In this document: positions 41,510-52,202 of the stretch, one piece after another
How the letters are laid out: every line of letters begins with the position of its first letter
Position numbering within the stretch: position 1 is the stretch's first letter
Assembly: GCA_040220235.1 (NCBI GenBank)
Contig: JAVJTO010000031.1
Source of the DNA: Coleofasciculus sp. B1-GNL1-01
GTDB lineage: Bacteria > Cyanobacteriota > Cyanobacteriia > Cyanobacteriales > Coleofasciculaceae
Strand: one strand, 5' to 3'
Length of the DNA: 64,000 bases
Program-made: the position numbers and the translations under genes
Notes under the pieces: model-generated
What the model was told of the DNA's origin: nothing
Seen by the model: only the letters and a program-made list of their open reading frames with translations
Database searches by the model: none

Positions 41510-43039
41510 ATGGATACAGCGCTAGTTAGTCCAGAAGCGGTTGCTTTATTGTCACGGATTACTGGGCAAAAGCTCAGTCAACGGCAACTTACTCCTCCCA
41601 TAATCTTCTTGGCAGCTTTAGTAACGGTTCTGCTGGGAGTGATGTTGGCAGATGGCACAGTTACCGATGAAGAGAAGCAACAGCTACAGGCGATCCTTGA
41701 CAATTTAACTTCTTCAGAAAGCAAACTAGGTAAATTGGCACAACTCCTAATCAAGGGAGTTAAACAACATCAGGTTTATAAAAAATTAGATCAGTTGACG
41801 ACACTGACAATCCCGCTTTCAGAAGCAGAAAAACTATTAGTCATTAGCTTTGGCTATAAAATGTTAGCCAATGCTAAATATATAAACTCTCGTGAAACAA
41901 GCTACTTGCAATCTATCACCAACCAGTTAGGGGTTAATTCTAAATATTTAGCCGTTCTTGAATCTGGATTCAGTGGACAAGAAACTATCAATCTAGAAGC
42001 CTTACAACAATTTTACTCTTTCCTCAACCCAGCTAGCTTTCAATCAGTTGACCCCTTATTTGTTAATGCTGCTAGTTATATCCTAACCGAGTTACCTGCT
42101 ATACCCCCATACCTCGGCAACCAGGCAGTTAAAAGTTATTCCCTGGAACTGCAACAATTTGCTACTAAAATCAAGGAATCCATTCAAGTCTGTTTAAATG
42201 AGCTGGATCAAGCTGAGACTGTTTTGAATACCAAGCCACAAATTCTTGAGGTGGCAAAGCAGGAAATTTTGGAACAGCTTGGGGAGTGTAGTGGGCGTGA
42301 CATCAGAATCCGTCGTCTAGGAGAGCAGCGCAAGTTACAGGTAGCAGAGCAAGCTAAAAAATCTTGGGAAGAACGAATTGAACGCTTGAGAAAAAAATGG
42401 TTTATAGACGCTCAAGAGAAGCAGAAGGAATCAATTGGTTGGGGAGATAAAGATGGCTTTATTAAGGAAATACAGCCAGAAGTTGAAAAATATGATAACT
42501 ATATTGGGTCTATAATCAAGGAAAAAATACTTCCAATTTATGAAGAAATTGACACTATTAACGTAGAATTGCTTCATCGATGTGTAAACCTTGTAAAACA
42601 GCAGCAGAAACAAGGAGATTTGAGTACAAAGATTAACTTGAATTTTTTTAAAATTAAATTTAAATTCAATAACCCTACAGCGCATTTGCCTAACAATACC
42701 AAAGTTTTTGATACTCCTATTAAGCCTACTTTAGATGCTTTGGTAAATAAGGGTTGGGGGAATATTTATTGGGAAGAGGTTATTAAGTTCAAAAATGAAG
42801 GTATTTCAATAATAGATGAGCTAGTTACTGCAATTTTTGATGATAGGGTTAAATTAGCGACTCAAGCTGTTACACAAGCTATCTCATTCTATGACGACTT
42901 CTTAGAGCGACAAGAGAGATATAAACAGGAGACACCAGAACAAGGTGAGGCTGAAAAAGCTTGGATTGCCCAACAGCGTCAAGAATTGGAAAAAGTGCAG
43001 AATAATATTGAGATAGTTTTATCAATGCCGTCTTCTTGA
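41510..43039 (+). CDS. TerB-like domain protein with long helical C-terminus
   Basis: VMLADGTVTDEEKQ TerB motif; coiled-coil C-terminus. Confidence 0.75.
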   Translation: MDTALVSPEAVALLSRITGQKLSQRQLTPPIIFLAALVTVLLGVMLADGTVTDEEKQQLQAILDNLTSSESKLGKLAQLLIKGVKQHQVYKKLDQLTTLTIPLSEAEKLLVISFGYKMLANAKYINSRETSYLQSITNQLGVNSKYLAVLESGFSGQETINLEALQQFYSFLNPASFQSVDPLFVNAASYILTELPAIPPYLGNQAVKSYSLELQQFATKIKESIQVCLNELDQAETVLNTKPQILEVAKQEILEQLGECSGRDIRIRRLGEQRKLQVAEQAKKSWEERIERLRKKWFIDAQEKQKESIGWGDKDGFIKEIQPEVEKYDNYIGSIIKEKILPIYEEIDTINVELLHRCVNLVKQQQKQGDLSTKINLNFFKIKFKFNNPTAHLPNNTKVFDTPIKPTLDALVNKGWGNIYWEEVIKFKNEGISIIDELVTAIFDDRVKLATQAVTQAISFYDDFLERQERYKQETPEQGEAEKAWIAQQRQELEKVQNNIEIVLSMPSS

Positions 43040-43043
43040 AGAA

Positions 43044-43173
43044 AAAAGTGAGTCGCAATTGCTAGCGTGGGGACAATTTGTTGCGCTGGTAAAAGGATTG
43101 CTCGCAACAGCCGTTTTACAACACCTGCACCAAGCCTGCAAACTAGAACAATATTGGTTGCATCACTTTTGAC
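43044..43173 (+). repeat. 130-bp direct repeat, a degenerate copy of the 3' end of gene 44198-44689
   Basis: Aligns without gaps to 44561-44690. Confidence 0.9.
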
Positions 43174-43219
43174 AAAACACTGAATCTGGCTTAAATAGAG
43201 TAAAACAAGACTGTTGAAT

Positions 43220-43426
43220 ATGAACACTAAACTCGTTGATTCTCTAATCCAAGTTATCCTCTCTCTCTCGAAAGAGGATCGTCATTTACTTGAGGAAAAG
43301 CTGTTTTTTGAATCATCAATTCCTTCAACGGGTGACTTAATGCAAATGGCTCAAAAGGGTGGCTCGTTGAACTTCCTGTACGATGAACCCGATTTGTATA
43401 CTCTCGAAGATGGGGAACCCATATAA
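43220..43426 (+). CDS. putative antitoxin
   Basis: FL.DEPDLYTLEDGEP C-terminus; stop overlaps the toxin start (TAATG). Confidence 0.7.
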   Translation: MNTKLVDSLIQVILSLSKEDRHLLEEKLFFESSIPSTGDLMQMAQKGGSLNFLYDEPDLYTLEDGEPI

Positions 43427-43773
43427 TGTCTGTCAAAAAAGGAGATATTGTTTTGGTTCCCTTCCCTTTCACAGATTTGAGTACAACAAAGCTGCGTCCG
43501 GCTGTAGTGTTATGGGTAGATTCTACAGGTGATGATGTAACTCTCTGTTTTATTTCGTCTCAAAATCTAACTCGTCTCAGTCCAGATGAATTTGTTCTAG
43601 ATGCTTCAGATTCCGAATTTTCCAATACTGGACTAAAGGTTGCTTCTAAAGTTAGGGTGACACGAATCGTTACTCTTGAACGTCGATTGATTACACGACG
43701 TATCGGCAAGTTAGGAGTCAATCAAATTCAGCAATTGAACTCAGTTATGCTTCAAGCCTTTCAACTTTTGTAA
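43426..43773 (+). CDS. PemK/MazF family toxin
   Basis: KGDIVLVPFPFTD...K.RPAVV and GLK..S motifs. Confidence 0.92.
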   Translation: MSVKKGDIVLVPFPFTDLSTTKLRPAVVLWVDSTGDDVTLCFISSQNLTRLSPDEFVLDASDSEFSNTGLKVASKVRVTRIVTLERRLITRRIGKLGVNQIQQLNSVMLQAFQLL

Positions 43774-43884
43774 TTGAGTTTTAATGTGAATGGTACTGAA
43801 ATTTTGGCTGGTGGGCAATGCCCACCCTACTTAACGTCCTTAACTGGTTATAGCGTTGTTTTAATTATGGCGCTTGGCTTACGT

Positions 43885-44097
43885 CTACTCTTCCACAATC
43901 TCAACCATATCCTCAACCATCACATCAAAGGTGCGAGCTAGCTTCTGGACAGAGATAAAGTCAATCTTTGACATTCCAGGACAACGAGCATAATGCCTCA
44001 CGGTGCTGTAAATGACGCCAGAACGCTCAGACACTTCCTTGAGTGTCCACCCCTTCTCTTGTGCAAATTCTCGAACCTTAAGCCTGACTTGCCCCAT
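43885..44097 (-). CDS. XRE/Cro-family HTH transcriptional regulator
   Basis: RLKVREFAQEKGWTLKEVSERSGV.YSTV HTH. Confidence 0.88.
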   Translation of the reverse strand: MGQVRLKVREFAQEKGWTLKEVSERSGVIYSTVRHYARCPGMSKIDFISVQKLARTFDVMVEDMVEIVEE

Positions 44098-44197
44098 ACT
44101 TGACAAGTGATTGCATACCGTCATTTAATGAATTAATCGGAAAAAGCGATCGCTCTTCCAAGTCTGACAAACCCAAGAGCGATCGCGCCAATGTCCC

Positions 44198-44689
44198 ATG
44201 AAATGGGAAGTATCTTCTATGTTATCAACACATACCACAAAAACGCCCACCTTTGAAGCATCAAAACTCAATTACAAATCCTCCAGCCGTCACCCCCTGG
44301 CACGATTTGTCACCGTCGAGACAGTCGCCTTGCTGTTTAGCTGCTCTCCTGACGAGATTTATCGCATCGAATGCTGGCAACATATCGTTTATGTTCACGG
44401 TAAAGGGTTGAGCCGTTTCGTCAGCTATGCTGACTTTCCGCCAATCCTGGAAGCCGAACCCCCTACCCCTCAAGACATGGTGCGCTGGCGCAAGCGCTGG
44501 AAATCTCAAATTGCCCCAGAGTTTTGGACAATATTCTATAGATATCAGTTCAACCGAGCCAAAAGTGAGTCACAATTGCTAGCGTGGGGACAATTTATTG
44601 CTCTGGTAAAAGGATTGCTCTCAACAGCCGCCTTACAACACCTGCGCCAAGCCTACCAGCTAGAACAATATTGGTGGCGTCACTTTTGA
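44198..44689 (+). CDS. hypothetical protein divergent from the HTH regulator
   Basis: IYRIECW..VYVHGKG.SRFVSYADFPP block; start may be 44219. Confidence 0.7.
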   Translation: MKWEVSSMLSTHTTKTPTFEASKLNYKSSSRHPLARFVTVETVALLFSCSPDEIYRIECWQHIVYVHGKGLSRFVSYADFPPILEAEPPTPQDMVRWRKRWKSQIAPEFWTIFYRYQFNRAKSESQLLAWGQFIALVKGLLSTAALQHLRQAYQLEQYWWRHF

Positions 44690-44868
44690 CGCAGCGCTAA
44701 CTCTAGCTCAACTCGAGGAAAACCAGACTTTTGTCCGACTACTTATAGGTTTTTGTCCCAATACCTAACAGGTAGGATAGACTCTCAACACAACCGGACA
44801 TGGTGTAATGTGCCTTTGCTAGCTGGCTATTTGCCTCTCAGCGCCAAATCCCCAGTTGATCAGCCACC

Positions 44869-45894
44869 CTATAGTTTACCTGCTCGCACACCTGGAATTT
44901 TGAGGCGGATACGGTAAAGGCTATTACTGGTAGTAATGTAGAGAGTTTGGTAATCGTCATCGCCCCAGGCTAGATTGGTAGCAAGTTCAGGAACTTCAAT
45001 CCTGCCTAATAGATTGCCTGAGGGTGAAAAAATCCATACGCCTCCTGGTCCAGTACTGTAAACATTCCCCTCTTGGTCTACCTTCATGCCATCGGGTACA
45101 CCCTTTGTACTGGGGTCTTTTAATTCAGCAAATAGCTGCCCATTTTCCAAAGTACCATCGGATTTCACATCGAAGACACGAATGTGACCTTTTTCCGAAT
45201 CATTCACATATAGTTTTTCCTCATCCGGTGAAAGGGCAATGCCATTCGGACCCACAAAATCTTTGACTAACAACGTCAATTTCCCATCCGGTGTCAACCG
45301 ATAGACACCATAAAATCCCAGTTCCTCTTGCTCAGATTTAATACCATAGGGGGGGTCAGTGAAGTAGATACTTCCATCTGATTTGACCACAAGATCATTG
45401 GGACTGTTGAGTCGCTTTCCCTGGAACTGATTTACCAGCGTAACAATTGTGCCGTCTTTTTCAGTACGGGATAGGCGGTGATTACTATGTTCAGCACTGA
45501 TCAAACGCCCTTCCCGGTCTAGAGTATTACCATTAGCATTACCAGAAGGACGACGAAATATCTCTGTTTTTTGATTCGGTGTCCACTGATAGATAGTATT
45601 AGCCGGAATATCACTAAAGAGTAAGAAGCCGTTTGGATGCCAAATGGGTCCCTCTGTAAACCGAAAGTCTCCCGCTAGTTTTTCGACTTGGGTATTGTCA
45701 TCTAGAATCGCTTCTAGACTATTTGGATTACCCTGATTATTTGATTGTGCTGTAGTTAGGCGGGAGTTTGTTCGAGACCTTGAACATCCAAACCCTAAAT
45801 CGTTTCTGGCTTCAGTAACACCGTTGCTGGGCGCAATAGTTAAAACCGTAAAAACAAGGCTGTATAGAGTACCTCGAAAGATTAGGTTTTTCAT
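44869..45894 (-). CDS. SMP-30/gluconolactonase/LRE family protein (secreted)
   Basis: FTEGPIW, NSPNDL, PNGIALS and PDGMKVD motifs. Confidence 0.93.
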   Translation of the reverse strand: MKNLIFRGTLYSLVFTVLTIAPSNGVTEARNDLGFGCSRSRTNSRLTTAQSNNQGNPNSLEAILDDNTQVEKLAGDFRFTEGPIWHPNGFLLFSDIPANTIYQWTPNQKTEIFRRPSGNANGNTLDREGRLISAEHSNHRLSRTEKDGTIVTLVNQFQGKRLNSPNDLVVKSDGSIYFTDPPYGIKSEQEELGFYGVYRLTPDGKLTLLVKDFVGPNGIALSPDEEKLYVNDSEKGHIRVFDVKSDGTLENGQLFAELKDPSTKGVPDGMKVDQEGNVYSTGPGGVWIFSPSGNLLGRIEVPELATNLAWGDDDYQTLYITTSNSLYRIRLKIPGVRAGKL

Positions 45895-46347
45895 GTCAAT
45901 GGCATTGATGAAGTCGGTGGACACAATTAAAGTTAACAGTTGAGATTGGGGAACTCTTAACAGGGAACAGGAAACAGTAAGGGTTTGAGGGTGATTTACC
46001 CAACTTAATCCAGTACTGTTTTCTTTTTTCCGATTCCTTTAAGGTGGCTACAGCAAATAAACTGGAGACGAGTGATATCCTCCCAGTCTATCGGGTAGAG
46101 GCGTGAGGCGTCTCGACAGATTAAGGGATTGAGCGCGATCGCTCTCCCTAAAATGATACAAAACTTAATTTTATCGTCACTTAATTGTCTCCAACTGCAT
46201 TGTCGTAGACAATTAGGCGTGGTAAAGTTCAATGTGGTGTAAAAGTACAGTAAACCGACCAATTTACCGTAGATTAAATCGGTACAATATAAATCACGGA
46301 ACTGGAAACAACCACAAGACTGGTAGGAAGACTGGGAGTTTAGGGAA

Positions 46348-47106
46348 ATGGTAAGTGCGATCGCACAGAAAACTCAACTGGATCTAGAGGGGGTCAATCG
46401 ACAACTCGTCGATGCCGATGCCACCTCAATGGTTAAATGGGCAGCCGAAACCTTTAGCGATGGTTTGGTGATGAGTACCAGCTTCGGCATCCAATCAGCG
46501 CTGATGCTGCACTTAGTCACTCGCATCGTGCCTGACATTCCCGTAATTTGGGTCGATACAGGGTATCTACCCCCAAAAACCTACAGATTTGCTGAACAGT
46601 TAACCAAACAATTAAATCTAAATCTACACGTCTATCAGTCACCCATTAGTCCAGCCCGTATGGAAGCCCTCTATGGCAGACTCTGGACAAAAGATGATCC
46701 CGAAGCGCTAAATTTGTACGACTATATGCGTAAAGTCGAACCCATGCAACGGGCATTACGAGACTTAAAGGCAACAGCATGGCTAGCGGGATTGCGGGCG
46801 GAACAGACACATCACCGTCAGACATTGCGTCCAATCGATCTTCAGTCTGGGATTTACAAGGTATTACCCATTCTGCACTGGAGTAGCCAAGATGTCCATG
46901 AGTACATCACGGAACACAATCTGCCCTATCACCCCTTGCGTGAACTTGGCTATGCCACTGTAGGCGATTGGCACTCAAGCCGCCCAGTGACGACAGAAGA
47001 TCAGCACGAACGCGACACCCGCTTCCGGGGAATTAAGCAAGAATGTGGTTTACATCTGCCAAAGACTCAAGGTGAAGCCCAGAGTCTCGATTCCAGTTCG
47101 CTGTAA
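46348..47106 (+). CDS. cysH: phosphoadenylyl-sulfate (PAPS) reductase
   Basis: STSFG, DTGY, KVEP and ECGLH motifs. Confidence 0.95.
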   Translation: MVSAIAQKTQLDLEGVNRQLVDADATSMVKWAAETFSDGLVMSTSFGIQSALMLHLVTRIVPDIPVIWVDTGYLPPKTYRFAEQLTKQLNLNLHVYQSPISPARMEALYGRLWTKDDPEALNLYDYMRKVEPMQRALRDLKATAWLAGLRAEQTHHRQTLRPIDLQSGIYKVLPILHWSSQDVHEYITEHNLPYHPLRELGYATVGDWHSSRPVTTEDQHERDTRFRGIKQECGLHLPKTQGEAQSLDSSSL

Positions 47107-47149
47107 GATAGCCGCTAGTACAAAAAGACAGACGGCAGAAGGTAAGGAA

Positions 47150-47520
47150 TAAGCTGTTCTGCATTTAAACCTTAATGTCAATAATGGCGAAATCCTTGAC
47201 GTAGAAACCTGGTCGGGGCGGGTTTAGTCACATCTGGATTAGGACTTACGCAACACCTCTATCTGTAGGGTGCGTTAGCATAGCGTAACGCACCATTGCC
47301 ACCATATATGAACCTGCTATGATGTACCTGCGTAAGTCCTGCTGGATGCAACCGAAAAGATAGTAGTGAAACCCGCCCCTACACACTCTCCCACTCAAAA
47401 CTTACTTACCTTCGTTACGCCACATACCGTGAAAAGAAAGATGGTAATTCCTTCCCAGAACAGTTTTCTGGGCGCAAGGCTTGCGCCCCTACAAAATTTA
47501 TCCAATTAGGATTGCTATAT
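47150..47520. repeat. nested cluster of MITE/REP-like elements
   Basis: Partial 128-bp MITE, GGGGCGGGTTT...AAACCCGCCCC pair, AGGACTTACGCA...TGCGTAAGTCCT pair, internal hairpin, and another REP at about 47470-47492. Confidence 0.75.
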
Positions 47521-47536
47521 AATGGCACAACCTCAA

Positions 47537-48454
47537 TCATTCTAAAAAGCCTTCTTGGATCAGAAACTCTCTAGCCACTTCAGCCGGTTCGCGCTTTTTG
47601 CCACTCACTTCATAATTCAGTCGTCGCATCGTTTCATTCGTCAACTTGGGTGCTAACTGATTCAGCGCGTCTCGAATTCCGGGATGCTTCTCCAGTGTTT
47701 CTTGGCGCACCACTGGTGCAACTTGATAGGGCGGAAAAAAGTTTTGATTATCCTCTAATACAACCAAATTAAACGCATTGATTTCACCATCAGTACCAAA
47801 TGCCACAGCGACATCGGCTTGACCTTCACTTAAGGCTTGATATCTTAATCCCGGATCAGCCGGAATAAATTTTTCAAGCTGAAAGTCCCCATAAACTTGT
47901 TTTAACCCCAGTAATCCATCCTCACGCACCTCAAATTCTGGTGGACCAATCAGAGTTAATTGACTTGCCTGATCAACCATATCGGAAATTGTTTTAATAG
48001 TATAGTCTTTCGCCCCTTCTGGCGTCATGACCAAAGCTTGCGTGTTATTCATCGGTGCAGGTTCTAACCAAACCAGATTATATTTCTCCTGATAACTATT
48101 TGCCACAGTTTGATAAACCTGCTGCGAATCACTACTGACCGGACGATTTAACACAGTTAACAAAGCCGTCCCCGTATACTCTGGATATAAATCAATTTGA
48201 CCACTTTCCAAACCCGCTTGCGCCACGGGTGTTCCGCCTAAATTTAGCTTCCGTTCGACATCAAAACCTTGGTTTTCCAGTACCAAAGCATACATTTCCC
48301 CTAAAATAAATTGCTCAGTAAAATCTTTCGATCCGACCTTAATTGCACTCCCACCCCCCTGACAGGCGATCGCGAACAGCATCGTCAACACAGCCAGTCC
48401 AATCAGCATAACAGTTCGACGCATTCGGGGCATAAATCTACCAAGTCTCAACAT
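47537..48454 (-). CDS. glycine betaine/osmoprotectant ABC transporter substrate-binding lipoprotein
   Basis: Lipobox AIAC; VGSKDFTEQ, YPEYTGT and FFPPY motifs. Confidence 0.92.
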   Translation of the reverse strand: MLRLGRFMPRMRRTVMLIGLAVLTMLFAIACQGGGSAIKVGSKDFTEQFILGEMYALVLENQGFDVERKLNLGGTPVAQAGLESGQIDLYPEYTGTALLTVLNRPVSSDSQQVYQTVANSYQEKYNLVWLEPAPMNNTQALVMTPEGAKDYTIKTISDMVDQASQLTLIGPPEFEVREDGLLGLKQVYGDFQLEKFIPADPGLRYQALSEGQADVAVAFGTDGEINAFNLVVLEDNQNFFPPYQVAPVVRQETLEKHPGIRDALNQLAPKLTNETMRRLNYEVSGKKREPAEVAREFLIQEGFLE

Positions 48455-48766
48455 TCTTGTATAGTACCAAGAAACAGATCAGTTTCCGACTAAGTGGCTG
48501 CTGATCCAAAACTGAGAGTGACACACCTCATCACTGCTTTATAAAGTAAATATTACGAAAATACCCATATTTTTTTGGCAATTACAGCGGATATTTCATG
48601 GAATAGTGCTTTCGGCTCAATGAGCGACTATCTAACCCACTCAGCAATATCTCAAGGTTTTATGCTTAAAGAGTCTTTTTCATCAACTAATCCTTCGTAA
48701 GGAATAACAAGTCAATTCCATTCTTTTTAATTTGTCCTGTGGACATCTGGATCACGTCCAGTCCTA

Positions 48767-49687
48767 ATGACCAATGACCGAGAAAGCTATACTGAATTTA
48801 TAGTCATGCAGAACGGGAGTCCGAATACTATGATTTGTCATAAAAGTTGGATGCTAGCTTGTTTAAGCTCATGGATAAGTCTAATTGGATTAGCCATGTC
48901 ACAGCCAGCCCAAGCCGAGTCTTGGCTTGTCACAAATTTTAATAATGAAACTCAAATTAAAGATTTGGTAAAGTGTGGCTATGCCAAGGAACAAATTACG
49001 CTGAAGGCTCCTGACAAAGAAGCCTTAAATCAATTAGACATTACACCAGGAAATAGGATTGAAGACTATGCCGCAACTCGTTGCCAAGGATACCGCCCAC
49101 CGATTCCGTTAATGGCGTTAATCCCTCAATCTACATTTGGCAAAACTCTCGATGAATATCCAACATTATATTTTTATATTCCGGACGTAAGTTTAAAAAA
49201 TGTTAAAGCTGAGTTTAGTTTCTACGATCAAAACTTAAAATCTATCATTTATGAAAAAGAAATACCACTGCACGAAAGTGATAGCATTGTTGCCGTTGAT
49301 CTAGCCAATGCTTCAGATTTACCCCCCTTAGAAGTGGACAAACCCTATTTCTGGTACTTCAGTATCATTTTTGATCCTTATGACCGCAGTGACAGCACTT
49401 ATGTCGGCGGTTGGATACAACGAGTTACGCCAACGTCCCGGATTAATCAGGAATTAGACAGAGCTACACCTGAGGCAAAGCCTGCTATCTATGCCAACCA
49501 TGGGATTTGGTATGAAACTCTCGAAAGTCTAGCCCAGTTGCGTTGTTCCGATCCTGAGAATTCTACTTTAGCATCAAATTGGCAATCTGTATTGCAGCAA
49601 GTTGGATTATCCAACATTGCTAGAAAACCGTTGGCGCAATGTCAGTCAGACTTAATAGCCGAGCAGTTCTCAGAATCGACAGAATAA
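48767..49687 (+). CDS. DUF928 domain protein
   Basis: LMALIP...G.T..YPT.YFYIP, Y.WYF, GWIQRV and GIWYE motifs; start uncertain. Confidence 0.8.
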   Translation: MTNDRESYTEFIVMQNGSPNTMICHKSWMLACLSSWISLIGLAMSQPAQAESWLVTNFNNETQIKDLVKCGYAKEQITLKAPDKEALNQLDITPGNRIEDYAATRCQGYRPPIPLMALIPQSTFGKTLDEYPTLYFYIPDVSLKNVKAEFSFYDQNLKSIIYEKEIPLHESDSIVAVDLANASDLPPLEVDKPYFWYFSIIFDPYDRSDSTYVGGWIQRVTPTSRINQELDRATPEAKPAIYANHGIWYETLESLAQLRCSDPENSTLASNWQSVLQQVGLSNIARKPLAQCQSDLIAEQFSESTE

Positions 49688-49776
49688 CCTGAGTATAGGG
49701 GATCACAGGGAAATCATCGACTTTAGCGTTAAGCTAGGCTGGGATCAGTCGTGCCAGATTCATTACAACCAAGACT

Positions 49777-50667
49777 ATGGCGTGGGTATTTTCAGGACAA
49801 TTAAGAGTTGAGCGGATAACGGTTGCGATCGCGAATTTGCCACCGTCATTGCAAGGAACCAAATTGGTACAGCTTAGCGATTTACATTATGATGGTTTTC
49901 GCCTGTCGGAAGCGATGCTGGCTGAAGCAATTCAAGTCAGTAATCAGGCGGAACCGGATTTAGTGCTGTTAACCGGAGACTACATCACCTATCAGCCAGA
50001 ACCGATTCATCAACTGGTACGGCGATTAAAATACTTGGAAAGTCGTGCTGGAGTCTATGCGGTACTGGGAAACCACGATATTTATCATCACCAAGCTAAA
50101 ACCACAGTCACTGAGGCGCTAACCCGGATTGGTGTGGGTGTTTTATGGAACGAAATTGTCTATCCGTTAGGGAAGGAATTAGCCTTGGTGGGATTGGCTG
50201 ATTTTTGGTCGCGTGAGTTCAATCCCGCCCCAGTGATGAACCAAATCGATCCGCAAATACCCCGTATCGTCTTATCTCATAACCCAGACACGGCTGAACC
50301 CTTGCAGGAATGGCGCATTGATTTACAACTATCGGGTCATACCCATGGGGGTCAAGTAGTAATTCCCGGATTTGGACCGATCGCCTTATTACTACCTATT
50401 CTCCGACAAAATGTGCCTCGACCCCTGCACAAATGGATTCCCTTCCTGAGAGAATGTTATCGAGTGGTCGATCATTGGGAATGGGGTCAAGGAATGCATC
50501 AGATTGGTGCAAATCGTATGTATGTGAATCGGGGTTTAGGAACTTACGCACCTGGACGCCTATTTTGTCCGCCAGAAGTTACCATAATTACGTTGGCGAG
50601 GGCAAAAGGAACAGGAAACAGGGAACAGGGAATCAGCAAACCAGTATCGCTAGAAACAGGTAACTAA
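49777..50667 (+). CDS. metallophosphoesterase (YkuE-like)
   Basis: SDLH, TGD, GNHD, SHNPD, GHTHGGQ and NRGLG motifs. Confidence 0.93.
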   Translation: MAWVFSGQLRVERITVAIANLPPSLQGTKLVQLSDLHYDGFRLSEAMLAEAIQVSNQAEPDLVLLTGDYITYQPEPIHQLVRRLKYLESRAGVYAVLGNHDIYHHQAKTTVTEALTRIGVGVLWNEIVYPLGKELALVGLADFWSREFNPAPVMNQIDPQIPRIVLSHNPDTAEPLQEWRIDLQLSGHTHGGQVVIPGFGPIALLLPILRQNVPRPLHKWIPFLRECYRVVDHWEWGQGMHQIGANRMYVNRGLGTYAPGRLFCPPEVTIITLARAKGTGNREQGISKPVSLETGN

Positions 50668-50668
50668 T

Positions 50669-51811
50669 ATGTTGGGGTTCATCCGGTCAGATTTGGCTCA
50701 ATTTACGGCTTACACTCCTAATCCAGGGGGAGATTCGGGTAAAGCCATCAAATCCGTTGATCGCGTGGATGCGAATGAAAGTCCTGATGATTTGCCCGTT
50801 GAGTTAAAAGAAAAGCTGACATGGACATATCAACAGGAGATTGAGGCGAACCGCTATCCCGATGGTTCTCATCAAACCCTCAAAGACGCGATCGCGAATT
50901 ATGTGACTGAATCGGCTTCTCTAGAAACACCCGTAACCTCTAGCCAAATCTCAGTCGGTAATGGTTCAGATGAACTGATTCGTTCTCTCTTAATTGCCAC
51001 CTGTTTACGGGGAGAAGGTTCAATTCTCGTCGCCAATCCCACGTTTTCCATGTACGGGATTCTGGCGCAAACCCTGGGTATTCCGGTGGTAACAGTTGAG
51101 CGGTGTTCGGATACCTTTGAGATTAACCTAGAAGCAGCCCAACGCGCGATCGCCCAATCTGAACATCCCTCTATCCGTGTCGTTTTCGTAGTCCACCCCA
51201 ACTCCCCCACGGGAAATGCACTCACGGCGGCTGAACTTAAGTGGTTGCGGAGTTTACCCGACGATATATTGGTGGTGATTGATGAGGCATACTTTGAATT
51301 TAGCTGCACCTCAGTTGTTAAAGAATTATCCCAACATCCCAACTGGGCAATTCTGCGAACCTTTTCCAAAGCCTTTCGCTTAGCCGCCCATCGGGTAGGA
51401 TACTGTATCGCCCACCCAGAATTAATTGCCGCATTAGAAAAAATGCGCTTACCTTATAATTTACCAAGCTTTTCTCAAGCCGCCGCCCTTGTCGCCCTGA
51501 CTCACCGCGATCAACTCTTAGCCGCGATTCCCCACATTATTGCCGAACGCGATAAATTATTAGCTACATTATCAGAGCATCCTGGTTTACAGGTGTGGTC
51601 GAGTGCTGCCAATTTTATCTACATTCGCCCTCGCCAACTGGAACAAAATAGCTTAAGCCAGATTGTTCAACAAATGAAAGTCCAAGGTACAGTCATCCGG
51701 AATACAGGTGGCGGATTACGGATTACTGTGGGTTCTCCAGAGGAGAATCAGCGCACCTTACAGCGACTGTACCAAACCTTTGAGAAGGATTCGCATTTCG
51801 GTTATTCTTGA
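50669..51811 (+). CDS. hisC: histidinol-phosphate aminotransferase
   Basis: DANE, RYPD, GNGSDE, PNSPTG, DEAY and RTFSKAF motifs. Confidence 0.93.
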   Translation: MLGFIRSDLAQFTAYTPNPGGDSGKAIKSVDRVDANESPDDLPVELKEKLTWTYQQEIEANRYPDGSHQTLKDAIANYVTESASLETPVTSSQISVGNGSDELIRSLLIATCLRGEGSILVANPTFSMYGILAQTLGIPVVTVERCSDTFEINLEAAQRAIAQSEHPSIRVVFVVHPNSPTGNALTAAELKWLRSLPDDILVVIDEAYFEFSCTSVVKELSQHPNWAILRTFSKAFRLAAHRVGYCIAHPELIAALEKMRLPYNLPSFSQAAALVALTHRDQLLAAIPHIIAERDKLLATLSEHPGLQVWSSAANFIYIRPRQLEQNSLSQIVQQMKVQGTVIRNTGGGLRITVGSPEENQRTLQRLYQTFEKDSHFGYS

Positions 51812-51860
51812 CAATCCGCGCTAAATTTATTGATGCATTGTTTAAACCAAGTAGACTTCA

Positions 51861-52182
51861 ATGCCATCAGGTAACATCCTAACTGCCATAGATGCCCTAA
51901 ATCGGCTCATCAATGGAATCGATAAAACCACTCTCGAAACCGAACTTATCGCTTCAGGTTGGACATCCACTCCAGCCAAAGGTGGATCGAAAAGCGGTCA
52001 AGGTACGATCTGGACAAGCGTAGACACTCAATGCAGCGTCAGAATCATGACTCAACGCGATGGTTCATCCTACGTTCGCGTTTACTAATGATCCTGGAGG
52101 TGGCGCACCCGGAGAACAACCCCTAAACTCCTCAGGAAAACCTGGAAGTCGTCGAGACAGCCACTTTATCTTACTCCCCTAA
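51861..52182 (+). pseudogene. frameshifted small toxin-like ORF
   Basis: Frame stops at 52088, but the +1 frame continues NDPGGGAPGEQPLNSSGKPGSRRDSHFILLP to TAA at 52182. Confidence 0.55.
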
Positions 52183-52202
52183 CCAAACTCATTCGCCAGA
52201 CT

